A program made the translations under genes and the position numbers. Shown here one piece after another: positions 26,146 to 35,102 of a stretch of DNA of 42,267 bases; position 1 is the stretch's first letter, and each line of letters begins with the position of its first letter. The stretch covers positions 1-42,267 of the forward strand of contig JAUCBJ010001657.1 of NCBI GenBank assembly GCA_032718475.1, read 5' to 3'. The stretch comes from Nemertoderma westbladi (taxonomy: Eukaryota > Animalia > Xenacoelomorpha). The notes under the pieces are model-generated. The model had not been told where the DNA came from, made no database searches, and saw only the letters and a program-made list of their open reading frames with translations.

Positions 26146-27719
26146 CTAGAAAGCCTGTGGCCCTTCGGGCCACAGCTTTCTAGTGCATGTGCAGATTATA
26201 TATGAATATGTGTGGGAGATTGGAGAACTGCATACGGAACAGACACCATCATTAAATAAAACACCACCCCCATAAGAGATAACTGTCAAGTTTCAACTTT
26301 AGGCAGATTGTAAATAACAAAATTTCCAGAAAATGATCACTTTCAGATCCACCCTCTACCTGCGGACTGGTGAAATGCAGACGACGCTGCAGTTTGGTAA
26401 AGATGGGGTTTATGGTGAAGTAAAATGCCTGCCTTTCAAGTTTCAGCTTAAACAGATTGTAAATAACAAAATTGGTGTAGATGTTCACATTCAGACATTT
26501 CACCCTCTAGCGGTAGACTGAAGAACTGTAGACGACTCTGGGACTCCGTAAAGATACAGAATATGCTGTAGTAGATTCCTGCCAAGTTCCAGCTCAAAGG
26601 GATTAAAAAGAACCAATTGGGATGAGGTGTTCACTAACAGACAATTCGCCCTCTAGCGGCAGATAGGGGAACTGTATACAACTCTGCGACTCAGTAAATG
26701 TAGAGCCTATGCTGTAGTAGATGCCTACCAAGTTTCAGTCTAAACCGTTTGTAAATAACAAAGTTGGAGAAGATGTTAACTTTCAGACATTTCACCCTCT
26801 AGCGGTAGACCGGGGAAGTGTATAGGACTCTGCATTCCGTAAAGATAGAGCCTATGATGTAGTAGATACCAACCAAGTTTCAGCTCACTAATGATTAAAA
26901 AGAACCAAATGGGATGAGGTTTTCACTATCAGACAATTCGCCCTCTTGCGGCTGACTGTGGAACTGTAGACAACTCTACTACTCCGCAAAGATATAGCCT
27001 ATGCTATAGTAGATGCCTACCAAGTTTCAGTCTAAAAGGATTGTAAATAACAAAGTTGGAGAAGATGTTAACTTTCATACATTTCGCCCTCTAGCGGCAG
27101 ACGCGGGTACTGTAGACAACTCTGCGCGACTCAGTAAAGATATAGCCTATGCTGTAGTAGATGCCTACCAAGTTCAGTCTAAATGGATTATAAATAACAA
27201 AGTTGGAGAAGATGTTAACTTTCAGACATTTCGCCCTCTAGCGGTAGACCGGGGAATTGTAGACGACTCTGCTACTCAGTAAAGATACAGTATATGCTGT
27301 AGTAGATGCCTACCAAGTTTCAGTCTAAACGGATTGTAAATAACAAAGTTGGAGAAGATGTTAACTCTCAGACATTTAGCCCTCTAACGGTAGACTGCGG
27401 GGAACTGTAGACAACCCAGTGACTCCGGAAATAATACAGCCTATGCTGCAGTATATAGCTACCAAGTTTCAGCTCAAAAGCATTAAAAACAACCCAATAA
27501 GATCGGGTTTTCACTATCGGACAATTCGCCCTCTAGCGGCAGACGGGGGAACTTCAGACGGCTCTGAGTATTACGTTGCAACGACTTAGGGCGAGACCTA
27601 TCTAACGAGCTATAGTAAGCGAGATTTCATGGAGATTAGATGTATAATATTAGATAAAATAATAATACAGTAAGTATAGGCCTACAGAAATAATTATTTT
27701 ACTTTTACAGTAATATTCA
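26146..27719 (-). mobile_element. Helitron-like unit 7, 5'-truncated or interrupted (1574 bp)
   Basis: Stops at taatattca|, where full units continue with taacagtaaaac. Confidence 0.8.
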
Positions 27720-29871
27720 CTAGAAAGCCTGTGGCCCTTTGGGCCACAGCTTTCTAGTGCACGTGCAGATGATATATGAATATGTGTGGGAGATATGAGA
27801 ACTGCATACGGAACAGACACCATCATTAAATAAAACACCACCCCCATAAGATATAACTGTCAAGTTTCAACTTTAGGCAGATTGTAAATAACAAAATTTC
27901 CAGAAAATGATCACTTTCAGATCCACCCTCTACCTGCGGACTGGTGAAATGCAGACGGCACTGCAGTTTGGTAAAGATGGGGTTTATGTTGAAGTAAAAT
28001 GCCTGCCTTTCAAGTTTCAGCTTAAACAGATTGTAAATAACAAAATTGGTGTAGATGTTCACATTCAGACATTTCACCCTCTAGCGGTAGACTGAAGAAC
28101 TGTAGACGACTCTGGGACTCCGTAAAGATACAGAATATGCTGTAGTAGATTCCTGCCAAGTTCCAGCTCAATAGGATTAAAAAGAACCAAATGGGATGAG
28201 GTGTTCACTATCAGATATGTCGCCCTCTAGCGGCAGATGGGGGGACTGTATACAACTCTGTGACTCCGTAAAGGTACAGCCTATGCTGTAGTAGATGCCT
28301 ACCAAGTTTCAGTCTAAACCGTTAGTAAATAACAAAGTTGTAGAAGATGTTAACTTTCATACATTTCACCCTCTAGCGGTAGACTGGGGAAGTGAATAGG
28401 ATTCTGCAACCCCATAAAGATACAGCCTATGATGTAGTAGATACCAACCAAGTTTCAGCTCAAAATGATTAAAAAGAACCAAATGGGATGAGGTTTTCAC
28501 TATCAGACAATTCGCCCTCTAGCGGCCGACTGTGGAACTGTAGACGACTCTACTACTCCGCAAAGATATAGCCTATGCTATAGTAGATGCCTACCAAGTT
28601 TCAGTCTAAAAGGATTGTAAATAACAAAGTTGGAGGAGATGTTAACTTTCATACATTTCGCCCTCTAGCGGTAGACTGGGGAAGTGAATAGGATTCTGCA
28701 ACCCCATAAAGATACAGCCTATGATGTAGTAGATACCAACCAAGTTTCAGCTCAAAATGATTAAAAAGAACCAAATGGGATGAGGTTTTCACTATCAGAC
28801 AATTCGCCCTCTAGCGGCCGACTGTGGAACTGTATACAACTCTGCGACTCAGTAAATGTAGAGCCTATGCTGTAGTAGATGCCTACCAAGTTTCAGTCTA
28901 AACCGTTTGTAAATAACAAAGTTGGAGAAGATGTTAACTTTCAGACATTTCACCCTCTAACGGTAGACCGGGGAAGTGTATAGGACTCTGCAACTCCGTA
29001 AAGATAGAGCCTATGATGTAGTAGATACCAACCAAGTTTCAGCTCACTAATGATTAAAAAGAACCAAATGGGATGAGGTTTTCACTATCAGACAATTCGC
29101 CCTCTTGCGGCTGACTGTGGAACTGTAGACAACTCTACTACTCCGCAAAGATATAGCCTATGCTATAGTAGATGCCTACCAAGTTTCAGTCTAAAAGGAT
29201 TGTAAATAACAAAGTTGGAGAAGATGGAAACTTTCATACATTTCGCCCTCTAGCGGCAGACGCGGGTACTGTAGACAACTCTGCGCGACTCAGTAAAGAT
29301 ATAGCCTATGCTGTAGTAGATGCCTACCAAGTTCAGTCTAAATGGATTATAAATAACAAAGTTGGAGAAGATGTTAACTTTCAGACATTTCGCCCTCTAG
29401 CGGTAGACCGGGGAATTGTAGACGACTCTGCTACTCAGTAAAGATACAGTCTATGCTGTAGTAGATGCCTACCAAGTTTCAGTCTAAACGGATTGTAAAT
29501 AACAAAGTTGGAGAAGATGTTAACTCTCAGACATTTAGCCCTCTAACGGTAGACTGGGGAACTGTAGACAACCCAGTGACTCCGGAAATAATACAGCCTA
29601 TGGTGCAGTATATAGCTACCAAGTTTCAGCTCAAAAGCATTAAAAACAACCCAATAAGATCGGGTTTTCACTATCGGACAATTCGCCCTCTAGCGGCAGA
29701 CGGGGGAACTTCAGACGGCTCTGAGTATTACGTTGCAACGACTTAGGGCGAGACCTATCTAACGAGCTATAGTAAGCGAGATTTCATGGAGATTAGATGT
29801 ATAATATTAGATAAAATAATAATACAGTAAGTATAGGCCTACAGAAATAATTATTTTACTTTTAATATTCA
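27720..29871 (-). mobile_element. Helitron-like unit 8, 5'-truncated or interrupted (2152 bp)
   Basis: Same taatattca|ctag breakpoint as unit 7; ~13 monomers. Confidence 0.8.
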
Positions 29872-30303
29872 CTAGAAAGCGTGTGGCCCTTCGGGCCACA
29901 GCTTTCTAGTGCACGTGCAGATGATATATGAATATGTGTGGGAGATATGAGAACTGCATACGGAACAGACACCATCATTAAATAAAACACCACCCCCATA
30001 AGATATAACTGTCAAGTTTCAACTTTAGGCAGATTGGAAATAACAAAATTTCCAGAAAATGATCACTTTCAGATCCACCCTCTACCTGCGGACTGGTGAA
30101 ATGCAGACGGCGCTGCAGTTTGGTAAAGATGGGGTTTATGGTGAAGTAAAATGCCTGCCTTTCAAGTTTCAGCTTAAACAGATTGTAAATAACAAAATTG
30201 GTGTAGATGTTCACATTCAGACATTTCACCCTCTAGCGGTAGACTGGGGAACTGTAGACAACCCAGTGACTCCGGAAATATACAGCCTATGCTGCAGTAT
30301 ATA
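29872..30303 (-). mobile_element. Helitron-like unit 9, interrupted by the LTR retrotransposon
   Basis: The unit sequence gctgcagtatata|gctacc is replaced by gctgcagtatata|TGTGACGGG at 30304. Confidence 0.85.
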
Positions 30304-30845
30304 TGTGACGGGATCCAGGAGGGATCCCGATTTATCCGATGTGGTAATTTAGTCCACGCGTCCCCGCCGTGTATAAGGGTGAGATAAAGTGTCTGAGTTC
30401 TGAAGTTCGGTGTATAATAATGATAGGGCATAAGATATAGATATAGATATAATGTGTACAAGGCGGGATACGGTAACTAAAGTCCCGTGATCCCCTAACT
30501 AAACTAATTGATTACCAACCTACGCTAGCACTGCTGCACTGAGATAACTGAATCACTGATTAATAGGTTACTGGTTATATTGCACGGTGGCCTTACTGCT
30601 ACTCAATCGATGCCATTCCCCCCCTCTGATTGGTTAATACCCTTGTTGGCGCCCCGTGGAGTATTCCCGTTCACTCCACCTGTTCTCCCTGGGTTAGGGG
30701 TTTGGCCCCTGACCCTCTATTGTGTGCTTCCTTCCCACTCTTATTGGGATGGCACGAGTTGGTTAATTGCCCAATCTCGTGGCTCCCAATATTGCTTATC
30801 GGCTTACAACTTTATGGGGTTTTGGCGGGATTGAATAAGCTAACA
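30304..30845 (-). repeat. 3' LTR (~542 bp, TGTTAGC...CGTCACA)
   Basis: TG...CA termini, immediately preceded by GGGGGGGAG. The inner boundary cannot be confirmed without the 5' LTR; alternative starts are 30904 (TGTAGCG) and 31326 (TGAGGGCG). Confidence 0.7.
30546..30633 (-). promoter_or_regulatory. Putative LTR Pol II promoter (CCAAT, TATA-like, Inr)
   Basis: Minus strand shows CCAATC at 30633-30628, ATATAA at 30580-30575 and TCAGTT at 30551-30546, about 30 nt downstream of the TATA-like box. The same arrangement is in the second LTR copy. Confidence 0.55.
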
Positions 30846-30854
30846 CTCCCCCCC
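30846..30854 (-). promoter_or_regulatory. Polypurine tract (PPT)
   Basis: GGGGGGGAG|TGTT junction; a second copy GGGGGGAG|TGTT lies at 31863-31870. Confidence 0.7.
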
Positions 30855-31360
30855 ATGCTATCTTCCCGGTAAGAAGATAGCATCAACCAAAAAAGTGCGC
30901 TACAATCCCGCTGGATCCCGATCTAGTATCGGGTGTGGGGTGGAATTCTTTTCTCTTGGAGCCGGCTTTCCAGGCCGCCCCCTATGGGTATGATAACGCT
31001 ACCCTGTGTGCCTGGCGTCTCATGTCGGGCCGATCGCGCTCACCTCTTCACACGACTTTTGTTTCCCCAACACTTTCGCCCTATCCCACCTTCACTTTCA
31101 CCCTAACTCTCTCACATTCGGACCTCCTCGTCCCTTACTCAGCCTCTTATTCTCCCCCCCCACACTCTAGAATCGCGTCCGCACTCTCTCTGCACTCCAC
31201 TCTATCCTAACTAACTAACTAACTCTTACTACCTAACTTCTACCTACTCTATTATTTAATTATTTTCTTATTTTTAATTAAATAATTATTTTATATTTTG
31301 TGCGTGGGAAGGGCGTCTCGCCCTCATTCCCACCCCCCTCAGTCCAAAACTTTGGACTGA

Positions 31361-32229
31361 GGTAATTTAGTCCACGCGTCCCCGCCGTGTATAAGGGTGA
31401 GATAAAGTGTCTGAGTTCTGAAGTTCGGTGTATAATAATGATAGGGCATAAGATATAGATATAGATATAATGTGTACAAGGCGGGATACGGTAACTAAAG
31501 TCCCGTGATCCCCTAACTAAACTAATTGATTACCAACCTACGCTAGCACTGCTGCACTGAGATAACTGAATCACTGATTAATAGGTTACTGGTTATATTG
31601 CACGGTGGCCTTACTGCTACTCAATCGATGCCTTTCCCCCCTCTGATTGGTTAATACCCTTGTTGGCGCCCCGTGGAGTATTCCCGTTCACTCCACCTAT
31701 TTCCTCTGGGTTAGGGGTTTGGCCCCTGACCCTCTATTGTGTGCTTCCTTCCCACTCTTATTGGGATGGCACGAGTTGGTTAATTGCCCAATCTCGCGGC
31801 TCCCAATATTGCTTATCGGCTTACAACTTTATGGGGTGTTGGCGGGATTGAATAAGCTAACACTCCCCCCATGCTATCTTCCCGGTAAGAAGATAGCATC
31901 AACCTAAAAGTGCGTTACAATCCCGCTGGATCCCGATCTAATATCAGGTGTGGGGTGGAATTCTTTTCTCTAGGAGCCGGCTTTCCAGGCCGCCCCCTAT
32001 GGGTATGATAACGCTACCCTGTGTGCCTGGCGTCTCATGTCGGGCCGATCGCGCTCACCTCTTCACACGACTTTTGTTTCCCCAACACTTTCGCCCTATC
32101 CCACCTTCACTTTCACCCTAACTCTCTCTCACATTCGGACCTCCTCGTCCCTTACTCAGCCTCTTATTCTCCCCCCCCCCCCCCACACTCTAGAATCGCG
32201 TCCGCACTCTCTCTGCACTCCACTCTATC
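31361..32229 (-). repeat. Second copy of 3' UTR + PPT + LTR (LTR lacks its terminal ~39 bp)
   Basis: Near-identical direct repeat of 30343-31206 with scattered substitutions and small indels. Confidence 0.92.
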
Positions 32230-32583
32230 ACTTCGTCCCTCAACCTCACTTCGACTCTTTTATCTCTCCTGACGAACCTCCCCCCCCCCCTCTCGTGCCG
32301 TCGCACTCGAGAAGTGTGAAATTGTCAGTTGTCTCGTCCATAGTGCCATAGTCAGTTATCCCCCAGTCCCAGTAGCTAATTGAGAAAGGTTGTATGACTA
32401 TAGTACTTACTCCAAACGTATGTATATTTCTAGATTACTAATTACTACGTACGTACATACAAATTGCACTTATATGATTATTTGCATTAATTAAATTTGT
32501 ACTTAATAGTTTGTACGTTACATGCGGCGCCTTCTAGGCGCACCACGTCCCAGTCTCAGTCTCATTCCCTCGTCTCCGGGAAC

Positions 32584-33498
32584 TTATCTGTATCTCCTCA
32601 CGTCCTCTTCCCTGGCCCGTTTCTTGGTTATCACCGCTCCTCTGGCATCATCCGCTTTCTGTTTCCGGACCTTCGCTGCCACTTCCTTGCTGATCCCGGT
32701 CGTCGGCTCCTTGGGCGCTGGTGTTATTAAAGCCCGATACCGCTTCGCCGGTGGCCCCTCAGAATGGCCTGGTTGTTTCCCTCGAGTGGCGTCCCATAGG
32801 ATCATTTTCATTGCCTTTGGTACGTGTTCCGCCAAGAAATCCCTAAACTCCCTCCGGTTCTCTGGTGTCCACCTGTCCAGGTACCGTTGCGTGTTCATAA
32901 CTCCGGCGAACGATGCCGCCGTTGCTACCTCTTGATAGGTAAACGGTAACCTTCGCTTTATGATTTCCATGTGGGTCTCCTGGTTTATGAGGAAGAAACC
33001 CCACTTGAACTCTTGGGCCTTCATGCGCTGGCGCGTCATGGCCCCGACGTCGGCCCACTCCTCGAACCTCGTGAACTTCTCCTCGTCGCTCATCCAGTCG
33101 CACTCGCGTCCGTAGTGCCCCCGAAAGTGGCACTTTGGACATCGGTTATGCAACCGTGGACACGCCCCCATCCTGTGACTTGGTTCTCTACAGTAGAGAC
33201 AAAAGGTTCCCCGTTGGAACCGGTATAGGCAGCTGCTTTCCTGATGGGTCTGTCTCCCACAGTAGTCGCAGCCGAGTACCAATGTCTCCCGTCCCACCTC
33301 GTCTTTCGTCCCAAGCGATCTCCGCGGTCTATGGAGTCGCTGGTAGGCGAACTTCTCCACGTTGCTCTCCCTGTTTACGTCGATCTCTCCGCCCCTCTCG
33401 TGCATCGTCTCCCCGAATACTATCCGTGGTGCCGTCCCCGGTTGCTCGCCCAACCTGATGGTGCTCCCCGCGAAATCCATCGCCGGCTCCTCGTGCAC
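32584..33498 (-). CDS. Accessory ORF3: protein with three CCHC zinc knuckles (first ATG at 33480)
   Basis: CDYCGRQTHQESSC, CLYCREPSHRMGAC and CPKCHFRGHYGREC are all exact CX2CX4HX4C. They are followed by a helical region and a basic tail (PPAKRYR, TKKRAR). Confidence 0.8.
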   Translation of the reverse strand: MHEEPAMDFAGSTIRLGEQPGTAPRIVFGETMHERGGEIDVNRESNVEKFAYQRLHRPRRSLGTKDEVGRETLVLGCDYCGRQTHQESSCLYRFQRGTFCLYCREPSHRMGACPRLHNRCPKCHFRGHYGRECDWMSDEEKFTRFEEWADVGAMTRQRMKAQEFKWGFFLINQETHMEIIKRRLPFTYQEVATAASFAGVMNTQRYLDRWTPENRREFRDFLAEHVPKAMKMILWDATRGKQPGHSEGPPAKRYRALITPAPKEPTTGISKEVAAKVRKQKADDARGAVITKKRAREEDVRRYR

Positions 33499-35102
33499 CC
33501 AGGTCCGCTTGCCGGATCTGTTCCAGTTACTGGGAATGAGGGCGTCTCGCCCTCATTCCCACCCCCCTCAGTCCAAAACTTTGGACGACTAAAAACTCTC
33601 ACGTGCCCCTTCTTCCAGTAGGCACTCTCCTGCTGCCCTCCTATACGTCCTCTAACTCTTCGCCACACTCTCTTCGGTGCCACCTTTGCTGGCCTCCCCC
33701 TTCGTATGTGCGCTGGCATTAGAGCCCTCGACGACCCCCGCTCGTCCCTCGGTATACGCGGTGTCTGCCCATGTAATGCCCCCTCGCACTGTGTCAGCCC
33801 TGCGTGTGTATGCAACACGCCTCCTTCTACTTTCCCGACTCCTTTGCTCATGGACTTCTCTACCCCTGGTTTAGTCCTTTCACATCCTCTCCCTTTCCAA
33901 CACTCTCCGGATCTGTGTCCTTTTACCACACATCGATGACATAGTCCGTTTGCGTCTGTGTAGGCTACACGATCTCGTTTGGGCAACGCTTGCCAGTACT
34001 TACAACTCCTGGTCTTATGGGTTCCGTCCCGATGTAATTGACATTGGAATCCTGGATTATAGCGTTTCCTGTATAGTCCTTCACGTATCGCGCTTAGGTT
34101 TATATGTACCGATTTAATGTTTTGGTTGTCTAGACTCGGCCTACTGGGTATATTGGGATTGTGTTTATTTTTGGTGTTATTTTCTTTCTGTCCCTGCCAC
34201 GGTGTGGCCCTGCTACCACCTAACTGTGGACTAGCAGTCCCCTGTACGGCCGCGTGTGGTATCGACTGTCCGCACGACCTGTTCTCGTCCAAGGGGTTCG
34301 ATGTTCTCGCTCCTATTGGGGTATATTGTCGATATTGTGATGGGGGAATGTCACCCTGTCCCCCCCCGGCCGGTATGTTTGGTACTGGGGTTGATGTTAA
34401 TACATTGGGGCCCATACGTCTATCTCCAATAACTCTCCCCTCCCCTGGATATATGTTATGTCCCTGTGTATTATAGTCATGCTGCTGTACCGATATAGGC
34501 CTACCCACTTCTTGCCTACCTACCGGTATGTACTCCGCGGCTCCCGGGTTTAACCCCGTCGCTCGCGCTACCCTATCGCCTACTCTATCTCTCCTAGCAT
34601 GGCCTATAATAGTATGTGCAGTAAGGCCTACAGTATGTCCTGCAGTCTGCATGTGCCCTTCCGAACCGAAGTTTAATCTTCGCGAATCTCGAATCTCCCC
34701 GCGACTACCGCACTCTCGATCGGCAGCTATATCCCGTCGGGAAGCTTCTCTTCTATCCCCTCTCCTGCTCTCGACTTTGCATCGGTACGTCCTGTACCCC
34801 TCTCTTCGCGTGTTGTGTGTTTCTCCGGGGCGACGGCAATCTCCCGAAGTTCGACCCCACTCACTCCCCAACTCCATCTCTACTATCGACGGCCCGCTAT
34901 CCGTCCTCACACTCCTATCGTTCGTGGCGACACTTCTTCTACTATCTTCTCTTCTTCTCTTTTCTGTGTGGTATTCCGGTTCGTGAGGTCTCTCGTCGAC
35001 CCCCCGGTTAAACTCCACTATTCTCCCTCTCTCTTCTGATCGGGCTCGACGCTTCGTCTGCCCTCTCGCGACGTCAACCTGCCTCTCTCTACTCGATCGC
35101 AC
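33420..35102 (-). CDS. Accessory ORF2: Arg/Gly-rich protein containing a diverged duplicate of the element's Gag nucleocapsid region
   Basis: 560 open codons. QGTASPQ...NKHNP...SRP...AIR..LY...CQLH...HKT..C.YWQALP...C.RCV..GH...EC aligns without obvious gaps to the same segment of the main polyprotein. The start codon is uncertain (the track uses GTG). Confidence 0.75.
   Translation of the reverse strand: MRSSRERQVDVARGQTKRRARSEERGRIVEFNRGVDERPHEPEYHTEKRRREDSRRSVATNDRSVRTDSGPSIVEMELGSEWGRTSGDCRRPGETHNTRREGYRTYRCKVESRRGDRREASRRDIAADRECGSRGEIRDSRRLNFGSEGHMQTAGHTVGLTAHTIIGHARRDRVGDRVARATGLNPGAAEYIPVGRQEVGRPISVQQHDYNTQGHNIYPGEGRVIGDRRMGPNVLTSTPVPNIPAGGGQGDIPPSQYRQYTPIGARTSNPLDENRSCGQSIPHAAVQGTASPQLGGSRATPWQGQKENNTKNKHNPNIPSRPSLDNQNIKSVHINLSAIREGLYRKRYNPGFQCQLHRDGTHKTRSCKYWQALPKRDRVAYTDANGLCHRCVVKGHRSGECWKGRGCERTKPGVEKSMSKGVGKVEGGVLHTHAGLTQCEGALHGQTPRIPRDERGSSRALMPAHIRRGRPAKVAPKRVWRRVRGRIGGQQESAYWKKGHVRVFSRPKFWTEGGGNEGETPSFPVTGTDPASGPGCTRSRRWISRGAPSGWASNRGRHHG

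Larger units (their letters stand above)
12587..30303 (-). mobile_element. Head-to-tail tandem array of nine non-autonomous Helitron-like elements
   Basis: On the minus strand each full unit starts TCTA(T/A/G)..TATATATAAATAT-(GTCT)n and ends in a GC-rich hairpin plus CTAG. Unit boundaries on the plus strand (CTAG) are at 12587, 14656, 17448, 19646, 21586, 23941, 26146, 27720 and 29872. The array abuts a (TA)n tract at CTAG|T with no TSD. No Rep/Hel ORF. Confidence 0.85.

Noticed and set aside
12587-30303. CRISPR-like or retron-like array
   Set aside because: The monomers are contiguous with no unique spacers, there are no cas genes, and the context is eukaryotic. The nearby RT is an ordinary BEL/Pao RT inserted secondarily.
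12693-30352. Recurrent 62-128-aa ORFs (MKCLNVNIY..., MITFRSTLY..., MPTKFQSK...) in the array
   Set aside because: They recur only because the DNA is repeated. They lie on both strands, are broken by indels in some units and show no domain motifs.
30846-31326. LTR starting at 30904 (TGTAGCG) or 31326 (TGAGGGCG)
   Set aside because: Disfavoured but not excluded: GGGGGGGAG|TGTT at 30845 is the cleanest PPT-LTR junction. The 5' LTR is needed to decide.
33420-33552. Programmed -1 frameshift joining ORF2 and ORF3
   Set aside because: The frames are compatible, but I found no canonical slippery heptamer in the overlap.
32584-35102. env gene in the extra ORFs
   Set aside because: No evident signal peptide or transmembrane segment; both proteins are hydrophilic or basic zinc-knuckle proteins.
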